From Eledone cirrhosa (taxonomy: Eukaryota): a DNA stretch of 64,000 nucleotides. Under the pieces are notes generated by a model. That model had not been told where the DNA came from. It did no database searches and saw only the letters and a list, made by a program, of their open reading frames with translations. Location of the stretch: contig OZ024746.1 in assembly GCA_964016885.1 (NCBI GenBank), positions 30,752,001-30,816,000 of the forward strand, read 5' to 3'. The position numbers and the translations under genes are program-made. Shown piece by piece: positions 1 to 11,945 of this stretch. Positions within the stretch are counted from its first letter, which is position 1. Each line of letters opens with the position of its first letter.

Positions 1-1076
1 GTAAAAACCTCCCAGCCCCACACTGTAAATGCGGTTGGTGTTAGGAAGGGCATCCAACTGTAGAAAACCCGCCAGACAGTCCTATGCGAGCAAGACAACC
101 ACTCTTGCCTCAAGTGGGAAAACTCCCGTCCAAACCCATGCAAGCATGGAACATGGACGTTAAACGACGATGATGATGATGATGATGATATATATATATA
201 TATATATATACAAGAAGCATTGTATAGTGGTATACATGATCAGCCTCTCATCTAGGATGTCACATGCTGTGACACCTACTCAAGTGGCAACCTGGTGCAT
301 TCAACTACCAGCCCAGGCTCTGGTAGGTTTGTAGTAGCCTGTAGCAGTGTAGACTTCTGGCGTTCTTGGCTCCTGGATCATATCCCTACTTACTGCTATC
401 GGGGCAGAGTTGGTTGCCTGCAGGTGCGAGCCCCACAAGGTGGAGTGGCTGTTTCAGCGTGCCTCCCTCATAGTCCTCCAGAGCAATGCATTCTCCATCA
501 GCGGGGACCCAGCGGAGGGCAAGTTAGTTGGTGGTGGAGGATACTCGTTTGGATGTCACTTCAACAACTAAAGTATATTTACATATGAAGTAAAAGCCTC
601 AGTCATAAGCTAACACACTTTCTAGCTCTGTATTATTACATATATATATGTGTATACACACACACACACACACGCGCACGCGCACGCGCACCTTGAAATA
701 TACATGTGTAAGTGTGAGTATATATATATATATATACATACAGGAACAATAAAACAATGAACTCTTTCAATGCCCTCATCCACTACTTTATCACAAAAAT
801 CTATGAACTTTAAACCTTTTGACCAAATTTTCTTCTCAACAATCTGCAAGAGGTCACAAGGTCATTGTCATGTCAATCATGTTGGTAATAGAAAATGGGA
901 GGGGTTACATAGCTGCTCCTCCTCCTTGCTATATTATCTCTATTACTTTCTTTTCTTCCTCTCCCTCACTTTTGTCTGTCTTTGTTTCACTCTTTTTTTT
1001 TTTAAAGCTTTCTGTTGTGGGTTTTTCTCTTTCCACTCCTCCCCTTTTCATCATACACTTTACTCTTTCTCTTTTC

Positions 1077-1191
<115 letters not shown>

Positions 1192-1448
1192 GCGTGCGTG
1201 TGTGTGTGTTTAGCTCTCTACCACATTCTTATACATTACTCAATATCACTACCCATCTACACCATTACTCAATATCCTTCACTTCCTCTCCATCTCACCC
1301 CACCCCCACCCCACACACACACAGTGACACACAAACAATTTATTGATTCCAATGGTTACCAAGACAAATTCCTAGAATCCATACTTTTGTTGACACATTG
1401 AGTATTAACACACATATAATGTTCTAATGCAAACATTGATACATTTGT

Positions 1449-1925
1449 GCACATATCAACACATTCTCTCTCACTGAGACACAACACACATAAACTAAGT
1501 CACATGCACATATCAACACATTCTCTCTCACTGACACACAACACACATAAACTAAGTCACATGCACATATCAACACATTCTCTCTCACTGACACACAACA
1601 CACATAAACTAAGTCACATGCACATATCAACACATTCTCTCTCACTGACACACAACACACATAAACTAAGTCACATTGCACATATCAACACATTCTCTCT
1701 CACTGACACACAACACACATAAACTAAGTCACATGCACATATCAACACATTCTCTCTCACTGACACACAACACACATAAACTAAGTCACATTGCACATGT
1801 CAACACATTCTCTCTCACTGACAAACAACACACATAAACTAAGTCACATGCACATGTCAACACATTCTCTCTCACTGACAAACAACACACATAAACTAAG
1901 TCACATACACTATTACACATTCTCT
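1449..1925. repeat. 57-bp minisatellite, ~8 copies
   Basis: Unit gcacatatcaacacattctctctcactgacacacaacacacataaactaagtcacat. Confidence 0.95.
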
Positions 1926-2917
1926 CTCTCATTCAAATCTATGAAGTGGGTGGAAGTTGTGAAAGAGGAAGACCAAGGCAGACATGAGAGGTGGTTGTGA
2001 AGAATGGCCTCAAGAAACAAAACCTCCACACAAATGAGATGACACCGAACAGAACTAACTAGTGTTATATCACTTATACAAAAGACTCAGCCACCAGTAC
2101 TAGCACTGTGACATCATCATCATTTAACGGCCACTTTCCCTGCTAGCTAGGGTCCCTAAATGTTTTCCACTGGGATATCACTGTAGCTACGTATTGTACT
2201 TCTAGGCTACCCACCTCCACTGCTAATTAATCCTCTAGCATTTAAACCGGCCATATCCAGCCCGAATTCTCTCACCTCATTCTGTTCAAACCAGCTGTAA
2301 CCAGCCACTCATACTTATGTTAAAGTATTGTTCTCAAAATAAATAATATCAAAATATCATAGATTCAATATTATGTGAGGTAAAGCCTTTAGGGTGAACA
2401 TATAATAGTATAATGTATTTTTTCATATATTTTCATGTATTTTCCTCCACTGTGACCCGTCTGTTTCTTTCTTACTGCTTCCCCTTTCTCTGTATCTCTC
2501 ACTTTCTTTTTACCCCCTCTGCCAGTCACTCTCTCAGTTAGCCTCTTCCTCACACTTTCACTCACTCTCTGCTACTCCCTCTCCATCACTTCCTCCCGTT
2601 TGACCTGGGCGAAATCCTTTCCTCACTCACATTTCAACCAGGTTGGATGGTCTTTTTTTCTCTCGTCTATGATTTCACAGAACTTATGTTCATCGATTTC
2701 AGGGACTTGACTCCTTCTTCCTTACTTTTCGTTGCATTACCATATTTGTTTGTTTGTTTACTGTCTCGCTCGTTCCCCCTATTTATGTGTCCCAACGACT
2801 TTCTTTAGCCGTTGCTCGCACCAACCAGAGGTATATGATCTTTAAAGCGATGAAATACCAATGAAGGCTGGAAGATCACTGATGGACTAATTTTATACAT
2901 TGGTTCAGTGCTTTAAG

Positions 2918-3001
<84 letters not shown>

Positions 3002-3019
3002 GAGAGAGAGAGAGAGAGA

Positions 3020-3650
3020 GAGAGAAACGAAGCCTGCATGCTCCGATGGATGTGTAACAGTAATATACGCGAACGACAAAGCATAAATGAATTGAGAGAG
3101 AGACTGAGCATAAGAGGAATCAAATGCTGTGTGCAGGAGAGGCGGTTGCGCTGGTATGGACATGTGATGCGTATGAAGGATGACAGCTGCATAAAAAGGT
3201 GCAGAGCACTAGAAGTCGATGGAAACCGCGGAGTGGGGAGACCCAAGATGACCTGGGATGTGGTGATAAAAGCCGACCTTACCCAATTACACCTCTCAAA
3301 GGCAATGACATACGACCGTGACCTCTGGTGTCACGCAGTTAAACAGAGTACCCGACCTCCCATGGGTACAAGCTGAAGCATATAGACAATATGCCCCCAC
3401 ACCCCACACCGCAAGGTGGTCGTGGAGGTACAACGGCAAAAAAGCACGAAAAAGGCGCCACGAAAAAGCACCCAGCACTCACTGTAAATGAGGTTGGTGT
3501 TAGGAAGGGCATCCAGCTGTAGAAATAAAGCCAAATCAGTCCCTGTATGAGCAAGGCATGGTCAGCCGACAAGACACTGCCCACAACAGGACAACTCGTC
3601 TAACCCATGCTAGCGTGGAAGAACGGACGTAAAATGGTGATGATGATGAT
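3020..3650 (+). mobile_element. 3' fragment of the same RTE family as 30011-31405
   Basis: ERNEACMLRWMC..RRLRWYGHV..GVGRPKMTW and 3' UTR nearly identical to 30817-31400; (GAT)n tail. Confidence 0.88.
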
Positions 3651-5052
3651 ATATATATATGGTGTGTGTGTGTGTGTCTTAAAGCACTGAACTAATGTAT
3701 TTCTAGCAGTTGACTGATGAAATGGGACTGTCTGTATTTGTTCATTTTCCTGTCTTTACCGATATTTTTTATTCAATTTGTATATATATATATATATCGT
3801 TTAATGTCCATCTTCCACGCTAGCATATATATGATACAACACTCATACACACACTTACACAAGTGCATACACACACACATAGATAAATACAAAACTAATT
3901 ACCTAATTAAGGTCCACAGCCCCTTTAATAACATTCTTTCTCCTTCAGACATTATATGGAATTGATAGTTACATTTAAGATTCCTTATTTCCACTCTTCA
4001 GTTACCTCCCCTTCTCTTCCTCTTCTGTCTAATTTAACCATTTAGTCTATATTCCACCCCATTCCATCACCTAAATTCTTTACCTTTTCATTTAACACTT
4101 CTACCTTATATATATATATATACTCAGTGTGTGTGTGTGTATAACATTTGAGAAGTTTCTCTTTCTCTCTGACTAAGTGTTTCTGTAGTAAATTTACTTT
4201 AACTTACCAATAGCAATTTCCTGTTGGTAGCTCTGCTGTTGGCAACAACAACACCAGCAGCAACAACAATAACAACAGCAACCACAGCATCAATAACAAC
4301 AGCAATGGCATCAACAGCAACCACAACACCAATAACAAGAACAACAACGTTAATTATTGATAATAATAATAATAATTTCTGATTTGGGCACATGGCCAGC
4401 AAATTTGGTGTAGGGGAAATTCAATTAAATCGACCCCAGTGCACGACTGGTACTTTTTTTTTTATCGGCCTTGAAAGGATGAAAAGCAAAGCTAACCTCA
4501 GTGGAATTTGAACTCAGAACGTAAAGAGAGATAACTCTATGCCGCAAAGCATGGTGTCCAGTGCTCTGCCGATACTGCCTATCCACCGCCCTTAATAATA
4601 ATAATTGTTTTTGCTTTAGGCACAAGGCCAGCAATTACCCAGTGCATCACTGGTACTTTATTTTATCGACCCCGTAAGGATGAAAGGCAAAGTCAACCTC
4701 GGCGGGATTTGAACTTAGATCGTAAAGGGACGTAACTATGCTGGAAAGCATGGCGTCCGACCCTCTACCGATACTGCCAATGTCTCATTCGGGTACAATT
4801 GGGAACTTTAATTAGATTGACCTCAGTAAACTACTGGTACTTTATTTTATCAGTCCCATAAGGATGAAAGGTAAAATTGACCTCAGAACATAAAGAGTCC
4901 TGGAAAGTTTTTGTGATTAAATCTGACTTTCAGGCTGTATGTCAGATATTTTGAGGGTTGGGTGGGGGTCATACTAGTTGAAGATTGTTGTTTGTTTATC
5001 TTGTTGACATACTAAGTGTTTATGTAATAATTACTAATTATTAATAATCAAG

Positions 5053-5290
5053 AAGCTCCCTGATAGGTTTGTGGTAAAGCCTGTAGCAGTGGCAACTTCT
5101 GGTGTTCTTGGGCCCCAGACCACATCGCTGCTCACTGCTATTGGAGTGGAATTGGCTGCCCGCAGGTGCGAGACCTGCGAGGTGGAATTATTGTTCAAAT
5201 GCATCTCCCTCACCGTTCCCCGGGGCAATGTATTCTCCCTTCTATCAGTTAGGACCAAGAGGCAGAAGGTAAGTTAGTTGGAGGTAGATG
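5053..5290 (+). mobile_element. 3' remnant of a CRE-like (restriction-like endonuclease) non-LTR retrotransposon; further copies at ~318-545 and ~31676-31885
   Basis: F.VKPVAVATSGVLGP..LL.AIG.ELA..LLFKCISLTVPRGNV resembles the P.A.ET.G..G...LFQR.S...QRGNA C-terminus of CRE-clade ORFs; three mutually alignable copies. Confidence 0.65.
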
Positions 5291-5469
5291 ATACTTGTTC
5301 AAACATCACACATATACATACATACTCAACCACTTACACAGTCCAATGCATTAGTTAACATAAGGAATGACCATTAATGCTAGAAATATAATATTCAAAC
5401 TAAAAAATATAATGAATAACAACAATTATTAAATGCACAGTCACTTTTGTTTTAAGGCCATTTTCCGAT

Positions 5470-5750
5470 GCTAAAATAGAGGTTAGTTTGTGGTGGTCCT
5501 ATGACAGGGTTCCCTGCTAAAGTAAGGGTTAGCTTGTGGTGGTCCTATGACAGGGTTCCCTGCTAAAGTAAGGGTTAGCTGCTGGTGACCCTATGACAGG
5601 CTTCATTTTCTCCTACTAAAGTAAGGAGTAGCTTGCCGTGGCCCTATGACAGGTTGACTTGCTAAAGTAAGGGTTAGCTTGTGGTGGCTCTATGACAGGA
5701 TTCATTTTCCCCTGCTGCATTAAGGAGTTAGCTTGTGATGGTTCTATGAT
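5470..5750. repeat. ~44-52 bp degenerate tandem repeat, ~6 copies
   Basis: Unit ctgctaaagtaagggttagcttgtggtggtcctatgacagg. Confidence 0.85.
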
Positions 5751-6480
5751 AAGTTTTAAACTTATCTTGGAATCCTTTTTGATGCAGTGTTTTACAACCA
5801 GATGCTAATTCTGACACCAATCCTTTTAGTTGCTTCTTACAACTTATGCAGATACGGTGTCATCATCATCATCATCATTTTACATCTGCTTTTCCCTGCT
5901 TGCAAGAGTATTCTAAACCAAATACATAATATAAGTACATATATATACGGTATATCTGCTAATGTTGCTTATCTTCAGGCAATATCTGAAAGATAAGCAG
6001 CACTAGCAGATATACTGTCTCTAAGACTTATGCTAGAGTATGCTTTGAAACCTTTGGTAGCATGCAACTGTATTGAGAATTTATTTATAATAATATACTT
6101 TAGCTGTGTACTTTTTCCTTTATTTAGTCTACAGAAACTCTTAATACTATATATATATATAACGAAGGAAATGTGGTAAGGAACCAGATGGACCATAACG
6201 CACCAAAGTACTTAGGGTAGTAGAGTGGGTAATAGGAATGAGTAGGACCCCGACGGCTGAGCTCAAGCCATTTCGACGGCTAATTCTGGACTGAATTTGA
6301 GTCCAGAATTAGCCGTCGAAACGGCTGAGCTCAGCCGTCGGGGTCCTACTCGTTCCTATATATATATATATATATTTATTCGTTTTATTAAGGTTGAATA
6401 GTGAGTCTTGTTGTTTATCACAAAGTCATCAGACAAAATAATTCTGTATTGAATACTCCTCTCTCTGTCGTCAACTACGT

Positions 6481-6516
<36 letters not shown>

Positions 6517-7099
6517 CATACACACACACACACATCAGTCCTTGTAATCACCTCTTGTGACAAGGAGTGATACAGTGTACTTATTCTAACCAGGATACAC
6601 AGAGGGGAAACATTTTATTATTAATGTGTATGTTCAATGTAGATTTGTACAATGAAGAAGCCATACTCTGCAACTCTGACCCACCTTTCAGTATATTTAC
6701 TGGAAGGTAGCACTTCCCTCTCTTCTCAACCTTTACCTCCCACTTCAAGTGGTACTTAGAAAAAGTTGATGAGGGTGTGGCCCAAGAGAAAAAGTCTTCT
6801 GTCCTCATTTCTCTCAATTTTGTCTACTACATTACATGTCTTATCATAGTAACCAGGCAGAAGAACACTTTTTGTGGTAATGGCCCACTTTTGAGGGTTT
6901 TTTACTTTTGTTGATGGACAACATATATGTTATGTTATATTGTATCTTACATATAAACATTTGAAAATGTCTCAGGCCCACAGAGAACATCTCAATGGCC
7001 CACATGTATATTATATCATATCTTATATATAAAGTTTTGAAAAGGTCTGAGGCTATCCTGTTGGCCCAAGTGTTGGAGACACAATATGGCACCAAAGCC

Positions 7100-8084
7100 A
7101 CAATTCAGTATTTGACTGACCAATAAGGGTGCATGTGACTCAGTTATGTGCAAATGTCTGCAACCTTTCTGCAGCACTTTCCTTAGCTGTTCAAGAAAAC
7201 TAGTAGGCTAGAATCACAGGATGGCCCTAATCAACTTAGATCAATCAAAAGCTTTCGATAGGCTCAACCATCACTACCTGCCAGCTTTCATCAGAGCTGT
7301 TCAACATCATACTCTCAATTCATCATTGATTCTCCTTCTCATCTCTCTTGTATGCTTGTATGTACTGACTCTTGAGCTGTTACTACACAAGTTGGAGGCA
7401 CTGAGGGCCATCTTGTGCGAACCAGGATGCAGCAGATCCATGTTGGCATATACCAACAATATCACATTGAGGTGACCAGTATCAAGGGAGTATGAGGCCG
7501 TGACGGGAGTAAATGTTAACCAACAAAAGTCAGTGGGCTTGTGGCTTGGCACCTGGAGAGGCAGGTCTATGTTGTCCAACATATTTGGTTGCTGGATGGA
7601 CAGGTCAGTTGAGTTGCTCAGTTTGGTTCAGTCAAGATCTCCAGATGGACAAAAACTGAAACAAAGTAATGAGAGTGGCTGGCAACTTTCTCCCAGAAAT
7701 GGGCCGAGAAGAAGCTATCCCTGAAAGGTCTGGTAGAAGTGACAAACGTGTACATTACATCTGTTATCTACTGCTACCTGACTGTCATTCCTTGCCATGG
7801 TCATTGTCTGACTGCACTGGAGTGCCTACTTTTCTGATTTTTGTAGAAGGGACACATTCCAGTGGTCAGATGATTCAGTTTGAAACAGGGTAAAGAAGGA
7901 AGTGTGGCCTTCCAATCTGCTTATTGAAAGGTGGGTGAGTGATGAGCATGAACCATCTAAACGGGTCTTTTCTCAGTATGCACCTGTAGATAGGAGGATG
8001 ACACTTGTCCTAGTGGTCAAGGTGACCATATGGCTTTTTGTGGACTATCTCCATGAGTGACCCTCAGAGTTTCTTCTATTGGGG

Positions 8085-8118
<34 letters not shown>

Positions 8119-8240
8119 TGTTTGATAATATTTTCTAATATCTCACTTTTAAGAGATAAAAGCCATATTATACTGTCCTGTGCTTTCTTTAATATGTTCT
8201 TCATGTCAGCCCTGTGTGACTAATAAAGAAATCATTATTG
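7100..8240 (+). mobile_element. Highly decayed L1/Tx1-like LINE fragment
   Basis: ALINLDQSKAFDR, YVLTLELLL, AYTNNIT (YADD-like), VNQQKSVGLWLG.W; ends near aataaa at 8223. Confidence 0.55.
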
Positions 8241-8678
8241 TTATTAGGGCGGTGGATTGGCAGTATCGGTAGAGGGTCGGACGCCATGCTTTGACGCATA
8301 GAGTTACGGCCCTTGCTATTCTGAGTTCAAATCCCGCCGAGGTTAACTTTGCCTTTCATCCTTACGGGGTCGACAAAATAAAGTACCAGTAAAGCACTGG
8401 GTAATTGCTGGCCTTGTGCCAAAAGTAGAAACAATTATTATTAATCTTATTTTTATTGCATCATCACTGCATTTCTGAGCACAGTTCTGCGTGCCTTGGG
8501 TGTGTGCAGTGTAGTTTTTAATGCTATTTTTATTGTATTGTGAGTGCACTACATAATATATGTATGTGCAATATCTAGTTATGCTATATTCTGTATGTTG
8601 TGTATATATTTAAGTACTGAAGTACTGTATGTAATATGTGTACAGTACCTAGTTGTGCTATTTTCTGTGTTAAATATG

Positions 8679-10697
8679 TGTAAGTACTGGAGTACTCTAT
8701 GTAAGTACTGGAGTATTCTATGTAAGTACTGGAGTATTCTATGTAAGTACTGGAGTACTCTATGTAAGTACTGGAGTACTCTATGTAAGTACTGGAGTAC
8801 TCTATGTAAGTACTGGAGTATTCTATGTAAGTACTGGAGTATTCTATGTAAGTACTGGAGTACTCTATGTAAGTACTGGAGTACTCTATGTAAGTACTGG
8901 AGTACTCTATATAAGTACTGGAGTACTCTATGTAAGTACTGGAGTACTCTATGTAAGTACTGGAGTACTCTATGTAAATACTGGAGTACTCTATGTAAAT
9001 ACTGGAGTACTCTATGTAAATACTGGAGTATTCTATGTAAGTACTGGAGTACTCTATGTAAGTACTGGAGTACTCTATGTAAGTACTGGAGTACTCTATG
9101 TAAGTACTGGAGTACTCTATGTAAGTACTGGAGTACTCTATATAAGTACTGGAGTACTCTATGTAAGTACTGGAGTACTCTATGTAAGTACTGGAGTACT
9201 CTATGTAAGTACTGGAGTACTCTATGTAAGTACTGGAGTACTCTATGTAAGTACTGGAGTACTCTATGTAAGTACTGGAGTATTCTATGTAAGTACTGGA
9301 GTATTCTATGTAAGTACTGGAGTACTCTATATAAGTACTGGAGTACTCTATGTAAGTACTGGAGTATTCTATGTAAGTACTGGAGTACTCTATGTAAGCA
9401 CTGGAGTATTCTATGTAAGCACTGGAGTACTCTATGTAAGCACTGAGTATTCTATGTAAGCACTGGAGTATTCTATGTAAGCACTGGAGTATTCTATGTA
9501 AGTACTGGAGTACTCTATGTAAGTACTGGAGTACTCTATGTAAGTACTGGAGTACTCTATGTAAGTACTGGAGTACTCTATGTAAGTACTGGAGTATTCT
9601 ATGTAAGTACTGGAGTATTCTATGTAAGTACTGGAGTATTCTATGTAAGTACTGGAGTACTCTATGTAAGTACTGGAGTACTCTATATAAATACTGGAGT
9701 ACTCTATGTAAATACTGGAGTACTCTATGTAAGTACTGGAGTACTCTATGTAAGTACTGGAGTATTCTATGTAAGTACTGGAGTACTCTATGTAAGTACT
9801 GGAGTATTCTATGTAAGTACTGGAGTACTCTATGTAAGTACTGGAGTACTCTATGTAAGTACTGGAGTACTCTATGTAAGTACTGGAGTACTCTATGTAA
9901 GTACTGGAGTACTCTATGTAAGTACTGGAGTACTCTATGTAAGTGCTGGAGTACTCTATGTAAGTGCTGGAGTACTCTATGTAAGTGCTGGAGTATTCTA
10001 TGTAAGTGCTGGAGTATTCTATGTAAGTGCTGGAGTATTCTATGTAAGTGCTGGAGTATTCTATGTAAGTGCTGGAGTATTCTATGTAAGTGCTGGAGTA
10101 TTCTATGTAAGTGCTGGAGTATTCTATGTAAGTGCTGGAGTATTCTATGTAAGTGCTGGAGTATTCTATGTAAGTGCTGGAGTATTCTATGTAAGTGCTG
10201 GAGTATTCTATGTAAGTGCTGGAGTACTCTATGTAAGTGCTGGAGTACTCTATGTAAGTGCTGGAGTACTCTATGTAAGTGCTGGAGTACTCTATGTAAG
10301 TGCTGGAGTACTCTATGTAAGTACTGGAGTACTCTATGTAAGTACTGGAGTACTCTATGTAAGTACTGGAGTACTCTATGTAAGTACTGGAGTACTCTAT
10401 GTAAGTACTGGAGTACTCTATGTAAGTACTGGAGTACTCTATGTAAGTACTGGAGTATTCTATGTAAGTACTGGAGTATTCTATGTAAGTACTGGAGTAC
10501 TCTATGTAAGTACTGGAGTACTCTATGTAAGTACTGGAGTACTCTATGTAAGCACTGGAGTACTCTATGTAAGCACTGGAGTACTCTATGTAAGCACTGG
10601 AGTATTCTATGTAAGTATTGGAGTACTCTATGTAAGTATTGGAGTACTCTATGTAAGTACTGGAGTACTCTATGTAAGTACTGGAGTACTCCATGTA
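8679..10697. repeat. 21-bp minisatellite, ~96 copies (2 kb)
   Basis: Unit TATGTAAGTACTGGAGTACTC with variant blocks. Confidence 0.98.
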
Positions 10698-10810
10698 ACG
10701 TGTACAGTACCTAGTAGTGCTATTTTCTGTATGTTGTATATATTTATACGTCTCTGGGTTTTGGTTATGTCTGTCTGTCTGTGTGTTTTTTTTATTCCCA
10801 GAGCACCTAT

Positions 10811-10862
<52 letters not shown>

Positions 10863-11945
10863 ATGTCTACATGTTCTCATTTTGGTAAACTGCCTGAGTG
10901 AGAAAATATTTTAAATACTTTGTAATTAGATATATTTACTAATTGGTGCTGGTCTGGGAAAGACAGGGCAACAATAACAATACCAACAACAACAATACTT
11001 ATTGGTGCTGCCAGGGAAACACAAGATTATAATAATAACAAAAGCATCAATAGCAACAACATTTTTAATAATAGTTTTATGATGTGAAATAGTTTAGACT
11101 GTTTATTGTCAATGTTGTTTTTAACCTCATTTGAAAAATTTCCAATCCTCTCACCACAAACATTTGTTATTTAAGGATGGTAGCTTGATATGTTAGAAAT
11201 AATAGTTAAATAGCCCTCAAATTACACCTTACTGCTGTCATAAATGAGGAAAGACATTAAATAATGTAGTCACTATCCTCTCATCATAGACATTTGTTAT
11301 TTAAGGACAGTAGCTCGATGTGTTAGAAATAATAGTTAAATATCCCTCACGGAAGGACATATTAAATATAGACATTTGGTTATAGAATGAGTCAATAAAG
11401 GAACCACTATGTGGTCATTAGACCAGCTAGAAATAAGTCACAGACCTCACTCTACTTCTCTCTTAACCCTCTTTATTTCTTATGAAAGACACTGTTTAGG
11501 ATTTTTATGCAAGTTTGAAAATAATCAAGAATTTAGAGGGATTTAGTAATATAACTGACTTTCTCGATAATTTAATATTGGGAACATAACAAAGGTTCTT
11601 ACATAAAATTATGATGGAAAGTTTTTAGATAAATATAACACTTTAACCCTTTCTTTAGCATATTTCTAATGAAAGGCAGTGTCTATGATTTTTAAATAAT
11701 TTTGAAAATAATTATTATAAAGGTGATGTTTGGAACATAACTTAACAAAGATCCTTACTCAAAATCATGATGGAATGCTTTTAGATAAATATAAAAACTT
11801 TAAAGCAAAGAGTTTTGTATCATAGGAGGGGCAGTTTTATAGGGGTTGGTACTTTAAAACAGAGTTTTCTATCATAGAAGGAGATGCAGTTTTATGTGGG
11901 TTGGTATGAACTGTGTTAATATTGTGATGTTCTGTTAACTTTCAG

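Noticed and set aside
8679-10697. CRISPR-like appearance of the regular repeat array
   Set aside because: Head-to-tail repeats without unique spacers, no cas genes, eukaryotic context
8544-10880. Long ORFs (300 aa poly-CKYWSTL; 482 aa poly-YIEYSST)
   Set aside because: Translations of the 21-bp minisatellite; no splice or domain support
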